Origin: Methanomassiliicoccaceae archaeon
Lineage (GTDB): Archaea; Thermoplasmatota; Thermoplasmata; Methanomassiliicoccales; Methanomassiliicoccaceae
NCBI GenBank assembly: GCA_963728405.1
Contig: CAVSJV010000004.1
Coordinates: 192,001 to 256,000, forward strand
Reading direction: 5' to 3'
DNA: 64,000 nucleotides
This document shows positions 1 through 9,939 of the stretch, piece after piece. The position numbers and the translations under genes are program-made. Position 1 is the first letter of the stretch, and the number at the start of each line of letters is the position of its first letter. The notes under the pieces were generated by a model that saw only the letters and a list, made by a program, of their open reading frames with translations, did not search any database and had not been told where the DNA came from.

Positions 1-185
1 ATCCGGCCGTCCCGGAGGTCCCTGGCCATTAACAGCGGGTCATCGTACAGGAGAATGTTCGTGAATCCGGCCTTCTCTGCCTCCGCCTTGCTATTCAGGA
101 CCTTGTCCCTGTCCGCGCCGAGGCCGATGCCTATCCTCGAGCGCTTGTTCTTGACACTGGAAAGCAGGGACTCCGATGTTAGCAT
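1..185 (-). CDS. mtxX: 5' part of a probable methanogenesis marker protein 4 / MtxX-family protein (runs off window edge)
   Basis: Manual translation MLTSESLLSSVKNKRSRIGIGLGADRDKVLNS...YDDPLLMARDLRDGR resembles the MtxX N-terminus leading into the 'GRIDAAVRG' motif; only 61 codons visible. Confidence 0.55.
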   Translation of the reverse strand, partial: MLTSESLLSSVKNKRSRIGIGLGADRDKVLNSKAEAEKAGFTNILLYDDPLLMARDLRDGR

Positions 186-264
186 CTAGTCCTGCCATGG
201 CCGAAGGATGCCATTAATATTCGTGCGAGAAAGTGTGATCTTCCGATCCATAACATGATCATTC

Positions 265-1251
265 CTAGCCCAGGATGCAGTCCATGCGATAGTCGGACCA
301 CTGTTTAAGGCCGAGCGATACTTCCATCTCGAAGGGTGTGAGGATCGGTTTGGGATATCTCAGGTAATCGTCGATGGCGATGCGGGGGCAAGCCGTAGAA
401 ACGAAAGCGTCGGTGTCGTACGACAACAGTTGATCGGGCGAGAACTCCTCCAGGAGGACGATATCCGCCGATCGGCCATCCGCTTCGGCCAGGCGGCGCA
501 GGCGTATCGCTTCCCCTAGCCTCATCTGCCCCACCTTGGTCGAGACCAGGATGAGGAACTTCCGAGCGCCCACCGCCCTGGTGATCGCTGCGTGCCTTTG
601 CCTCAGAATGCGGTCCTTGAGCTCGTCGATCTCCCGGACCTCACCCATCAGAGGATCGATGATCAGCACCGGCCGATTTCCGGCTATAGCCGCGCTCAGA
701 GGGTGGAAATCACCACTGCCGATGTACAAGAACTGGTCCACCATGGAAGCGATAGGATCGATCGAACTGATGTTACAGCCCAGCACCTGTCCCTCGAACT
801 TGATTCGGGCATCCCCTTTACCCACGAACACCTGCCGGCAATGGGATTCCAACCAGGTGCGCACCTGAGGGAGCATGTGGACGTGTTGTACGGTGGTGAT
901 CAGACCGATACGGTCCATCAACTTGGGCAGTGCCTTCTCCAGGAGCTCGCTGACGTCCATATTGACGAATACCTCGATGAACAGAACCTTGGGGTCGTGG
1001 GCTATCGATGGGATCTCAGCATGGCCGAACTGTACCAGGGCATCGGCATAGCTTCCGTACCTGGCAGTGTAATCGCATGCGCCGTAGCAGGGGTCCCCGA
1101 CGATCAGGAACGTCGCCTTGGTATCCTCTTCCAGCTGGCGGGCGATCCTTTGAGCATGGACCTTGAGACCCTCCGGCATCTGGAGGGCCACTGTCCTCGC
1201 ACCGACGAGCTTAATCCAAGCGGCGACCTCGCCCAGCCTGAAATCGTACAA
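265..1251 (-). CDS. dph2: diphthamide biosynthesis enzyme Dph2
   Basis: Motifs LQMPEGLK, DPCYGACD, GQVLGC and TACPRIAIDD (three Fe-S Cys). Likely TTG start at 1251 after GGAGG; the ORF-track extension overlaps uL16. Confidence 0.95.
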   Translation of the reverse strand: MYDFRLGEVAAWIKLVGARTVALQMPEGLKVHAQRIARQLEEDTKATFLIVGDPCYGACDYTARYGSYADALVQFGHAEIPSIAHDPKVLFIEVFVNMDVSELLEKALPKLMDRIGLITTVQHVHMLPQVRTWLESHCRQVFVGKGDARIKFEGQVLGCNISSIDPIASMVDQFLYIGSGDFHPLSAAIAGNRPVLIIDPLMGEVREIDELKDRILRQRHAAITRAVGARKFLILVSTKVGQMRLGEAIRLRRLAEADGRSADIVLLEEFSPDQLLSYDTDAFVSTACPRIAIDDYLRYPKPILTPFEMEVSLGLKQWSDYRMDCILG

Positions 1252-1307
1252 ATAGGCGTCCTCCTTAGAATATGGAAAATAAGAAGAAAGTTGGTTGTTA
1301 AAAGGGT

Positions 1308-1826
1308 TTAGGTCAGGAGTTCGGCACCCTTCACGATCTCCATCTGGCAGGGAGAGGGGAGCTTCATCGAGGCCTTCCACAATGCTTCCTTCCCGGCGGG
1401 GAACGCCTGAGGGGTGACCCGAAGGGTCATGATGGTGGTACCACCCTGCACCCTGGCAGCAGTGCCCACGGCCTTACCAAAGGCTGCACGCATTCCACCG
1501 GACACACGGTCCGCGCCGGCGCCGGTGGCCATCTTGTGCTCACGGAGCACAATGTGCGGGTAGACATTGATCTTGAGATGGAACGAAGCGGTGGTGGTCC
1601 CCTTGCTCAAGGCCCGGTTGGCCGCGATACGTGCAGCTTCCAGGGAGGTGTGCCTTACTTGGCAGGGCTCCTTGATGATGAGGTTCATTTCAATGGGGAA
1701 ATCACCATTCGTGGTACCAAGGTCGTAAGTGTTGATACGGGGAGCGGGTACTCCACCCATGTACTCCCTTCTAGTATAGGCCTGGCCCCTGATCTGGCGG
1801 TACATTCTTCCGGGCTTGCGCGACAT
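1308..1826 (-). CDS. rpl10e: 50S ribosomal protein uL16 (L10e)
   Basis: YTRREYMGGVP, LEAARIAANR, GAGADRVSGGMRAAFGKAVGTAARV. Confidence 0.97.
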   Translation of the reverse strand: MSRKPGRMYRQIRGQAYTRREYMGGVPAPRINTYDLGTTNGDFPIEMNLIIKEPCQVRHTSLEAARIAANRALSKGTTTASFHLKINVYPHIVLREHKMATGAGADRVSGGMRAAFGKAVGTAARVQGGTTIMTLRVTPQAFPAGKEALWKASMKLPSPCQMEIVKGAELLT

Positions 1827-1935
1827 AAAGATTCACCTATGAAATCGATTTGGAGGGTTAGTTACATTATTGTTTTTGTATTTATAGCTGATGGACCCCA
1901 GAAGCAGTACCAGCTGGCCTCGTAATGGTTGATGG

Positions 1936-2283
1936 TTACTTCTGGCCGAGGACCTCTCTTTCCTTGACGAGGGTCATGTCCTCGACCTTGCCGTCGGTGA
2001 GCTCTATCTTCACGCGAACCTCACCGCGCTCTAGGAAGATCGATGCTTTGCGAAGCAGCGACTGATATACAGCGATACGCTTGCCCGATGGAGACACTTT
2101 CATCTCCACGCACTTGAGCAGGCCGAAGCCCTCGAGCATGCGGATGCGATTATAACAGGCAGATATCGGTATGCCCAGGCTCTCGCTCATCTCCGCGGCG
2201 GTCCTGGGTTTCTCGATGGACCAGACGAGAATTCTTGCAGCATACTCGTCATTCATCACACTTGAAGCAGTTGATGCATCCAT
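1936..2283 (-). CDS. ArsR-like winged-helix transcriptional regulator
   Basis: DEYAARIL...PRTAAEMSESLGIPISACYNRIRMLEGFGLL wHTH pattern. Confidence 0.8.
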   Translation of the reverse strand: MDASTASSVMNDEYAARILVWSIEKPRTAAEMSESLGIPISACYNRIRMLEGFGLLKCVEMKVSPSGKRIAVYQSLLRKASIFLERGEVRVKIELTDGKVEDMTLVKEREVLGQK

Positions 2284-2398
2284 TCCATCCCCGAGGACCT
2301 GAATCACTATCTAATCATATAATTGATTGTATGAATCTCCCTTGTCGATTACCGCGGCAAGGCAAGAATCCAATACCTATTCCGCCTCTTACTTACTT

Positions 2399-2782
2399 AT
2401 GCCTGAGAGCACGGAGACCATAGCGGCCCAGACCGACGCAGAGATCAAGAAGCGTTTGAAGAGATTGGCCGACTTCTACGGCCAGGTCCCCTTCGTTTCA
2501 ACATCCCTCGCCCAGCACCCCGACGTCTTCCTCCCATTCTCGGACCTGTCCAAGCGCTTGCTGCTCGAACCGAAGCACCTCTCGCTGAAGGAGATGGAAC
2601 TCGCGGCGGTGGCGGCCAGCACGGCCCTGGGAAGCGAGCACTGCCTCAATGTCCACATCCCCCAGGCGCTCAGGGTCGGGGCAAGCAGGGACGAGGTCAT
2701 GGAGGCGATCATGGTAGGCTCGTTCATGGCCATGACCAAGGGGCAATCGGTGGGGTTGAGGAAGCTCGCCGAACAGAAATAG
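2399..2782 (+). CDS. carboxymuconolactone decarboxylase / AhpD-like protein
   Basis: LSLKEMELAAVAASTALGSEHCLNVH...GASRDEVMEAI; single-Cys (SxxC) variant. Confidence 0.8.
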   Translation: MPESTETIAAQTDAEIKKRLKRLADFYGQVPFVSTSLAQHPDVFLPFSDLSKRLLLEPKHLSLKEMELAAVAASTALGSEHCLNVHIPQALRVGASRDEVMEAIMVGSFMAMTKGQSVGLRKLAEQK

Positions 2783-2844
2783 ACCACCCAGGCGGAAAAA
2801 CCGAGGCGAGGTTTGTTATACTCCCTGCTCAAAAGCAGTTGTTG

Positions 2845-3201
2845 ATGGGAACAGTGGAGATTCGGCGGATGATCAGATCCAGGGTCCTGATGCTCACGAA
2901 CGTCAACCCCGACCTGGAGATCGAGGATGCGGTGGAAGAAGGCGATTGGGGCCTGTTGACCCTAAGGGAGAGGGGTAACTTGATCGGCTTCGAGTTCCTG
3001 GAGACCGAGGATAGTTGGAAAAGGCCGGACGCACTTTTGCAGTATTTTGAGGCGTCCAATGACGGCTACTATGTCGGAGTGATCGTTCCGGACGAGCAAT
3101 TCGATGAGGTCACTGATATGATATTCAGCATGGGCGAGGACCCAGTGATCATCCTCAGTTACGAGGACCTGGGGATCACCCCCTTCCAGTTGATGAGCTA
3201 G
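2845..3201 (+). CDS. hypothetical acidic protein
   Basis: Coherent ORF with typical codon usage; 'FEFLETEDS...QY...VGVIVP' is weakly reminiscent of a degenerate PD-(D/E)XK fold. Confidence 0.6.
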   Translation: MGTVEIRRMIRSRVLMLTNVNPDLEIEDAVEEGDWGLLTLRERGNLIGFEFLETEDSWKRPDALLQYFEASNDGYYVGVIVPDEQFDEVTDMIFSMGEDPVIILSYEDLGITPFQLMS

Positions 3202-3325
3202 GTGCGCTGAATTTATACCCGCAATATGAGCCCCAGCCTTCACCGGAAGGAGTCGTTTAAAACGTAATAACCGGCATGTCTGAGGCTAGCGCAGTTACGA
3301 TTAGCACACTTGGACGAACCGCCAA

Positions 3326-4183
3326 TCATTTTGGAAGTGGAGACCCACATTGACCACTCGGCCGATCTTGCTGAGGCCCGTTCTCAATCGTCCTCAGCCC
3401 GGTGATGTCTTGGTTGACCCCGCAGGTCTGTACCCTCCGGCCATCTATGTCCTTGATCATCCTGACCCGGACCATAAACCATCGGACCTCTCCGTCTTTC
3501 TTTATGATACGATGTTCTATCTGGCTGAAGCCTTCCGGGCCCATCGCGTCCTCGCCTTTCTCGATCCATTCAGCCACCCGATCAACGTCCTTAGGATGGA
3601 TGAACCTGCGGACATAGTCTTCGGGCGATATCGAATGTCCACCCTCCTGGCTCGCATCGGTCCCGTAAAGACTATAGAAGATGTCGTCGAACTCGAACAT
3701 CTTCGTTTTCTCGTCGTACTCCCAACCGGCTATCCTGACCATATCCATGGCCATCTGGGATTGTTGCATCTTGATGAACAATTTCAACTCAGCCGATCGT
3801 TTGGCCACTGCCTGCTTCACCTTGTGCTCGAGCTCGACGAACTGGGCTTCGATATCACCGCCCCTCTGCAGATAGAAACTCACCCCGGAGTTGCAGGCAT
3901 CGATGACAACCTCCTTTCGACTTCGGCCAGTGAATAGTATAAACGGCATATTCTTGTCCTTCTCTCGGACCATCTTTAGGAACTGGAGACCGTCGATACC
4001 TGGCATCTGGAAGTCGGAGATGATGAGGTCATAATGAGATCGGGCCATTGCTCTCTGGGCTTCCTCCACGGAGATAGCAGTGTCGACCGCTAGCTCCCCT
4101 GACATCTCCAGGTACTCCTTCCCTAGCACTAGGGAACCGTTCTCATCATCAACGTAAAGGACATGTATCATCCTATCGACCAT
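3326..4183 (-). CDS. response regulator receiver + PAS domain protein
   Basis: VLYVDDE, IISDFQMPGIDG, ILFTG (REC), then PAS/PAC (IHPKD, EHRIIKKDGEVRW, GVNQDIT); no output domain. Confidence 0.9.
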   Translation of the reverse strand: MVDRMIHVLYVDDENGSLVLGKEYLEMSGELAVDTAISVEEAQRAMARSHYDLIISDFQMPGIDGLQFLKMVREKDKNMPFILFTGRSRKEVVIDACNSGVSFYLQRGGDIEAQFVELEHKVKQAVAKRSAELKLFIKMQQSQMAMDMVRIAGWEYDEKTKMFEFDDIFYSLYGTDASQEGGHSISPEDYVRRFIHPKDVDRVAEWIEKGEDAMGPEGFSQIEHRIIKKDGEVRWFMVRVRMIKDIDGRRVQTCGVNQDITGLRTIENGPQQDRPSGQCGSPLPK

Positions 4184-4651
4184 TCTCGATGCAGCTAACC
4201 GACATCTATATTTTGAAGTCTTCGTACATGTTCCCGATCATTATTTTGGTTCCTGAGCACTTTTCATTACTCATGCAACATGTACATTTGGCAAGGGCAG
4301 ATCATGTAGACTAACCGTCTTGAAAAATATCTGCACATGCTCGGCATTTGATATATCGTTCCTGGATATATTATTGAGATAACATTATATTAGTGATGCC
4401 TCTTCGCCCAACGGGAGCGGGTGGATTTTTCAACCCCACCAATCCAATATACTCGTCCTCCAACCGCTCCCTTCCTTAATCCCTAATTGTCATTATTGCT
4501 CCGGGGCGTTATTCCTCCAACATCCTTCTGCCCGCCAAGGGAGGATCTCACATGCTCCACATTTTCTATGGACGCTTCGCCAGCATCTCCACCGCATAGA
4601 AACCTATTTCATGGCCATCCCCTTCTCTCGTGGTAGAGCAAAGGGCAGCAC

Positions 4652-5107
4652 ATGGCTAAGAAAAAGATATCCAACAGGGAAGCCAGGGGTATCGCCCGCA
4701 GGCGGATGAACCGGCTCATGGACCTCGCCGCGGTCGAAGCGAAAGCCGACAACCTAGAGCGGAGCCGGAGATATGTCACCCTTGCCCGTAGCATCGGAAT
4801 GAGGACCAATACGCCCATGCTGAAGCAGCGACTATATTGCCACGAGTGCATGCTGTCTCTGGTCCCCGGTCACAATTGCCGGGTCAGGCTTCGTTCCAAC
4901 AGGATCAGTGTTCATTGCCTCGTCTGCGATCATGTCAGACGGGTTCCATATCTGAACGAGAAGAGAGGTGTAGACAATGCCGGAAAAGAAAAGCAAGAAG
5001 CAGCTAGTAAAGTTGGGGTCGACGATCGACCCGACCGTACATGTGGGAAAGGAAGGCCTGACCGAGGGGATAGTGAAAGAGATCAAGGCCCAGGTCAAAA
5101 GACATAA
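4652..5107 (+). CDS. rnp4: ribonuclease P protein component 4 (Rpp21)
   Basis: IARRRMNRL, RRYVTLARSI, zinc ligands CHEC...CLVC; C-terminal tail overlaps yhbY. Confidence 0.9.
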   Translation: MAKKKISNREARGIARRRMNRLMDLAAVEAKADNLERSRRYVTLARSIGMRTNTPMLKQRLYCHECMLSLVPGHNCRVRLRSNRISVHCLVCDHVRRVPYLNEKRGVDNAGKEKQEAASKVGVDDRPDRTCGKGRPDRGDSERDQGPGQKT

Positions 5108-5309
5108 ATTGATCAAGGTCAGGGTCCTCCCCGCCGCGGACATGGACAAGGACGCCGTAGCCGAGGAGCTGGCCCAAAGGACCGGCGCTAAGGTCGTGGA
5201 CACCAGGGGCTTCACCATCCTACTATCTGATGCAAGGTTGATGGAAGAGAAGAAGAAGGCCACCCCCCCTAAGGAGGCCGTGAAGGAGCCTGAGACCGAT
5301 CCGTTTTAG
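4977..5309 (+). CDS. YhbY/CRM-family RNA-binding protein
   Basis: PTVHVGKEGLTEGIVKEIKAQVKRHKLIKVR; GAGGTG RBS upstream. Confidence 0.9.
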   Translation: MPEKKSKKQLVKLGSTIDPTVHVGKEGLTEGIVKEIKAQVKRHKLIKVRVLPAADMDKDAVAEELAQRTGAKVVDTRGFTILLSDARLMEEKKKATPPKEAVKEPETDPF

Positions 5310-5345
5310 GCCTCAATGGTCCAAAATCCAAATTGACCGGTCCAG

Positions 5346-5491
5346 GACAATCCAGCAGGTATTGTCGGCGGCCTCGTCCCACTGTTGCTCGGTCCCTTCG
5401 GATCAAGGTTCCTGATCCGACCCCAGTACATTGCACCAATGGGGCCTGGTGAGTTTTCGGCGCTTACATTTCCAGGATGAACACGGCCGCC
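5346..5491. ncRNA. candidate structured RNA (multi-way junction) upstream of serS
   Basis: Closing stem GGCGGCC (5367-73)/GGCCGCC (5485-91) encloses three abutting hairpins; an extra hairpin GACAAT/ATTGTC lies just 5'. Confidence 0.35.
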
Positions 5492-5582
5492 TGAACCAAA
5501 ACTTTCTTGACGGCCTACCGGTTGGGCATTGTGAGAAGCTTTTTGAGGATAAAGCCCGTTAGCGCCGTAAAGGTGACTGGCT

Positions 5583-6845
5583 TTGCTCGACACCGAACTC
5601 ATTCGTAATGATCCCGAACTCATTCGCGCCTCGCTCAGGAACAGGAACTACTCCGAGGAGACCCTCGATGAATTCCTCCTCCTGGACGGGGAGTGGCGTA
5701 AGCTAGTGGACGAGGGTAACCGCCTGAGGCACGAGCGCAACAAGGCCTCCGAGCTCATCCCGAAGCTCAAGGGCGAGGAGAAGCAGAACAAGATTGCCGA
5801 AATGAGGCTGGTGGCCGAGAGGATCAAGCAGATCGACACTGCCGTCATCGAAGTGGAGTCTAAGCGGGAACAGGTCGTGCTCAACATTCCCAACATACCA
5901 GACAAGAGCGTACCGGTGGGCAAGGAATGCGGCGACAACCTAACGGTCCGCACCTGTGGCCATGTCCGCAAGTTCGACTTCACCCCGAAGAAGCATTTCG
6001 AACTGGCAGAGGAGCTCGATATCATCGACTTCGTTCGCGGGACAAAGATCACCGGCAGTGGTTTCTTCGTGCTCAAGGGCGACGGGGCCCGGTTGGACCG
6101 GGCGTTGACGCAGTTCATGCTCGACCTGCACAATAGGCAGGGATACACTGAGATCTTTCCTCCCGCCATCGTCAACAAGGCCGCCGTAATAGGGACCGGC
6201 CAGTACCCTAAAATGAAGGACGACATGTACTGGTGCGAGCGCGACGATTTGTGGCTCAACCCCACCGCCGAGGTGCCGGTGACGAACCTGCACCAGGATG
6301 AGATCTTTGAGAAGGCCCAGTTGCCGATCGAGTACACCGCATACCTCCCGTCGTTCCGCCGCGAGGCCGGCCGGAACGCCGACACCAGGGGAATCATCCG
6401 CGTGCACCAGTTCAACAAGGTCGAGCTCGTGAAGTTCGTTCTACCAGACCATTCGTTCGAGGATCTGGAGGTTCTCAGGAACGATGCCGAGGCGGTGCTG
6501 CAGGGGCTCGACGTCCCCTACCGCGTCCTGCTACTGTGCACCGGAGACATGGGCTTCGCCAGCGCCAAGACCTATGATCTGGAGGCGTACGCTCCCGGAG
6601 CAGAACAGTGGCTCGAGGTATCATCGTGCTCCTGCTTCACCGACTTCCAGGCCAGGAGGGCGCGCATCAAGTTCCGTCCGGAGCCGCACCTCAAGAGCGA
6701 GTTCGTGCATACCTTGAACGGTTCGGGTCTGGCCCTGCCGCGCACGATGGTCTCGGTCATGGAGAACTACCAGAACAAGAACGGTACCATCGCCATCCCT
6801 GAGGTCCTCCAGCCCTACATGCAGGGGCAAGAACTAATCGAGTGA
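5583..6845 (+). CDS. serS: serine--tRNA ligase (bacterial-type SerRS)
   Basis: N-terminal coiled coil, PTAEVP, FRREAG, RVHQFNKVE, EVSSCS, HTLNGSGLA; TTG start. Confidence 0.97.
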   Translation: MLDTELIRNDPELIRASLRNRNYSEETLDEFLLLDGEWRKLVDEGNRLRHERNKASELIPKLKGEEKQNKIAEMRLVAERIKQIDTAVIEVESKREQVVLNIPNIPDKSVPVGKECGDNLTVRTCGHVRKFDFTPKKHFELAEELDIIDFVRGTKITGSGFFVLKGDGARLDRALTQFMLDLHNRQGYTEIFPPAIVNKAAVIGTGQYPKMKDDMYWCERDDLWLNPTAEVPVTNLHQDEIFEKAQLPIEYTAYLPSFRREAGRNADTRGIIRVHQFNKVELVKFVLPDHSFEDLEVLRNDAEAVLQGLDVPYRVLLLCTGDMGFASAKTYDLEAYAPGAEQWLEVSSCSCFTDFQARRARIKFRPEPHLKSEFVHTLNGSGLALPRTMVSVMENYQNKNGTIAIPEVLQPYMQGQELIE

Positions 6846-7001
6846 AGACCGTCGCACATCGGAAACCCGTGGTCGCCCCAGATCACGGCCGGTGGCGCAT
6901 TTTTCCTTTTTTAACATCTTTGGTCGCTGGTTGTACCGTCTTCTTCCCGATAAGGATGAATTAAAATATGCATCTGCAATTCACCCACAGGGGATGCATC
7001 C

Positions 7002-8240
7002 ATGGATGAGATATCGATCCAAACAGTATTACTACAGCTATTCATTCTTATTTTGCTGGCGAAGGTCGCCGGCATGCTATGCGAGAGAGTGAAGGTCTCT
7101 CCAGTTATCGGTGAGATATTTGCCGGCATTCTTGTCGGCAACACGATCCTAATGCAATGGTTGAGCCTGGACCTTGATATGACCTTGTTCGAGATCTTGA
7201 GCGAACTGGGCGTCATCTTCCTGTTGTTCGCGGTCGGTCTGGAGACCCCTTTCTCCGAGCTGAGAAAGGTAGGTAAGACCGCCACCCTTGTCGCCGTGCT
7301 TGGGGTCATCGTACCGCTCGTCACTGGGTTCGCCCTAATACTGGCCCTTGGCCACGGTCAGATCGAGGCTTTGTTCGTCGCTACGGCCATGGTGGCGACC
7401 AGCGTGGGCATCACCGCTCGGGTCATCAAAGACATGAAGCTCACGAACACCAAGGAATCCAGAGTGATCATAGGGGCAGCGGTCATTGACGACGTGCTGG
7501 GAATGATCGTCCTCGCCATCGTAGTAGGGGTCGCATCGGGTGGCGGGTCAAGCATATTGGACATCGCACTGGTGGCGGCCGAGGGGATACTGTTCGTGCT
7601 CATGGTGATCTTTGTCGGTTCCATACTGTTGCCAAGGGCCCGTAAGAAGATAGCATCCAGAAGAGAACCGGACACCTGCAGGGAGCAAAAGCACCATGCC
7701 ATATCGCCTCTACCATTGGCGATCATTGTTTGCCTGGGCCTGTCGTTCTTAGCGTCCTTCGTCGGCCTGGCGGCGATCATCGGGGCATTCCTGGCAGGCA
7801 TGGCATTCGCCGAGTTCAAGGACAAGTGGCCGTGCGAGGAGGACTTTCATCCGATCAACCAGTTCCTCGTACCGTTCTTCTTCTTGTTCGTAGGAATATC
7901 CGTGGATCTCGCTTCATTCGGCGACGTATTGCTGATTGCCGTCCTAGTGACCCTGTTGGCCATAGCCACCAAGTTCATTGGATGCGGCATTGGCTCTAGG
8001 AGCCTAGGTGGCAAGTCGGCGACCATCATTGGAGTCGGCATGGTACCCCGTGGGGAAGTGGGCATCATCGTTGCCTCCATCGGATTAAGTCTGGCGGTGG
8101 TCTCCCAAAGCTTGTTCTCCGTGGTGGTGTTCATGTCCATGGCCACAACGATCGTCGCACCTCCCCTTTTATCCTGGGCCTTCCGACGCAAGTATGGTGA
8201 TCAAAGCCCCGAACCAGAGGTCGAGGAGAATATGAGCTGA
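7002..8240 (+). CDS. cation:proton antiporter (CPA2/NapA type)
   Basis: GVIFLLFAVGLE, ATSVGIT, AAVIDDVLG, GMVPRGEVG; about 12 TM segments. Confidence 0.93.
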   Translation: MDEISIQTVLLQLFILILLAKVAGMLCERVKVSPVIGEIFAGILVGNTILMQWLSLDLDMTLFEILSELGVIFLLFAVGLETPFSELRKVGKTATLVAVLGVIVPLVTGFALILALGHGQIEALFVATAMVATSVGITARVIKDMKLTNTKESRVIIGAAVIDDVLGMIVLAIVVGVASGGGSSILDIALVAAEGILFVLMVIFVGSILLPRARKKIASRREPDTCREQKHHAISPLPLAIIVCLGLSFLASFVGLAAIIGAFLAGMAFAEFKDKWPCEEDFHPINQFLVPFFFLFVGISVDLASFGDVLLIAVLVTLLAIATKFIGCGIGSRSLGGKSATIIGVGMVPRGEVGIIVASIGLSLAVVSQSLFSVVVFMSMATTIVAPPLLSWAFRRKYGDQSPEPEVEENMS

Positions 8241-8563
8241 CCTGGCCGGAGAAGGGCTTTGCGCCCCTGAACCCTTTTCTTCATTTTTTAACAAAATTGT
8301 GATGCTGGCTCGGCCCTGTTACTGGGGTAAGCCTGATTGAACGCATCCTTCCTTATCTGCGGTCATAGCGGTACAAATGGTACCCCATATAGGTTTCAGT
8401 GACGGATTTAAACCCCATTCGCATGGTAAATGCACGGGTTTGATGCCGCGGTCCAACCCCCGACCGGCAGATGCATCCTTTCACCACATTTCAATAGCAC
8501 AAGAAGACGCCCTCCAAATTTGCGGTGGCCGTCCCCCTGCCAAGCCCGCCCATAGGGTCCGTT

Positions 8564-9892
8564 TCAAAATACCAGGGTCTTGTGACCCTCGGTCTGAAAG
8601 ATATCCTGTACGCGAGTGATGATCGCCGAGCGCACCATAGGGTCCCTCTGGACATCCTTGCTGAAGACCACAATCTCGTACATTATGTTGTGACCGCGGA
8701 TCTCCACCGCCCGGATGTCTGGCTTTGGCTCCTTAAGTATGCCTTCCACGCCGGTCAGCGCCTCCCTGATATAGCTCTCCACCCGCTCGTGCGATATTTC
8801 GAAGGAGACCTCGAAGAAGACGTTGATGGCATGGTTGGAAGCCCTCGAGTAGTTGAATATCCGCTCATGGATTATCTCATTGTTCGGAACGTCCACGATC
8901 TCGCCGTCGAGGGTCTTGACCTTGGTGAACACGAGGCCTTTGTCGATGACGTCGCACATCAGGTTCTCCACGATGCGAATGCGGTCCCCCACCTCGAACG
9001 GGCTGGTGTCCATGAGCGCTAGGCCGGACACGATATTTTGTATGGTAGTATAGGAGAGCGCGATGCCCAGACAGATAAAGATGAGCGTGACCGCTACCAG
9101 CAGGATGCCCACTGCCTCCATGCCGATTATCGTGAAGAGATTGAACATCACGATCAGGAAGCCGATGATGATGAGCGCGTACCTGAAAGCCGACTCCATC
9201 AGGTCCACGACCTGAGGATTGAACTTCTTGGAGCGGAACTTGACGTCCTCCAGTATCGTCTCGACGAGCTTGATCGCGAAGAAGATGCCCACGATGATGG
9301 CCACGGTGACCGCGATGGTGGGTTCATTGACCTCCAGGAATTTTTGGAGGTCGGCGAACGCCGCGTCGAGCTTGGTGAACATTGAGACGACTATCAGAAG
9401 TACCAGGATGGCCGAGCCGACGTAGATGATATAGCTGAACAAAAGGCTGGAGAACTCCAACGCCGAAGGCATTGATTTCCCGCTCCCCGCGTTCGCGCGG
9501 CTCCTCCGGGCCACTCGGCCCAAGATCAGGACAATGAGCCGGGCCACCAGCAATACAATGATGATGGTCAGGACCTTGAAGACATCGATCGTCACGGTCG
9601 GCCATAATGGGTCCGAGGTGAGCTTAAAGGTCCAGGAAACGACGACGTATGCGGAGATGAACAGCAGCGATATGATGAACAGCAACGCCATCCGGCGGGT
9701 GTAGTCCAGGACTTCTGAATCGAAGTAACGGCCCTCGTGCGCTTTCCAGATCTCGAAGTTCTTCCTAAGGTACGACCATAGGTATAGGGAAAGGGTGAAC
9801 ACACCTACCAGGGCAAGGATAGCCCATCCGTAATCGTCCATCCACTGGGCATCCCCGACCTCGAAAGGCAGGGAGGCTGGCACCAGGACCAT
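8564..9892 (-). CDS. MscS-family mechanosensitive channel
   Basis: Multiple TMs followed by NIVSGL, PFEVGDRI, TLDGEIVDVPN, NYSR; start uncertain. Confidence 0.9.
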   Translation of the reverse strand: MVLVPASLPFEVGDAQWMDDYGWAILALVGVFTLSLYLWSYLRKNFEIWKAHEGRYFDSEVLDYTRRMALLFIISLLFISAYVVVSWTFKLTSDPLWPTVTIDVFKVLTIIIVLLVARLIVLILGRVARRSRANAGSGKSMPSALEFSSLLFSYIIYVGSAILVLLIVVSMFTKLDAAFADLQKFLEVNEPTIAVTVAIIVGIFFAIKLVETILEDVKFRSKKFNPQVVDLMESAFRYALIIIGFLIVMFNLFTIIGMEAVGILLVAVTLIFICLGIALSYTTIQNIVSGLALMDTSPFEVGDRIRIVENLMCDVIDKGLVFTKVKTLDGEIVDVPNNEIIHERIFNYSRASNHAINVFFEVSFEISHERVESYIREALTGVEGILKEPKPDIRAVEIRGHNIMYEIVVFSKDVQRDPMVRSAIITRVQDIFQTEGHKTLVF

Positions 9893-9939
9893 GAAGTGGC
9901 ATATTACATGGTACATTAACTATTTTGCGAGCGGTGAAC

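Noticed and set aside
4977-5107. 131-nt overlap of rnp4 and yhbY as a dual-coding feature
   Set aside because: The Rpp21 domain ends before the overlap; the tail looks like unstructured run-on.
5346-5582. T-box, HDV-like ribozyme or 5S rRNA identity for the serS upstream structure
   Set aside because: No UGGNACC T-box bulge, the HDV P1/P3 order cannot be built, and 5S loop motifs are absent.
8298-8352. Hairpin after the antiporter as an H/ACA or C/D sRNA
   Set aside because: A stem and an ACA are present, but there is no two-sided guide pocket, K-turn or full box C.
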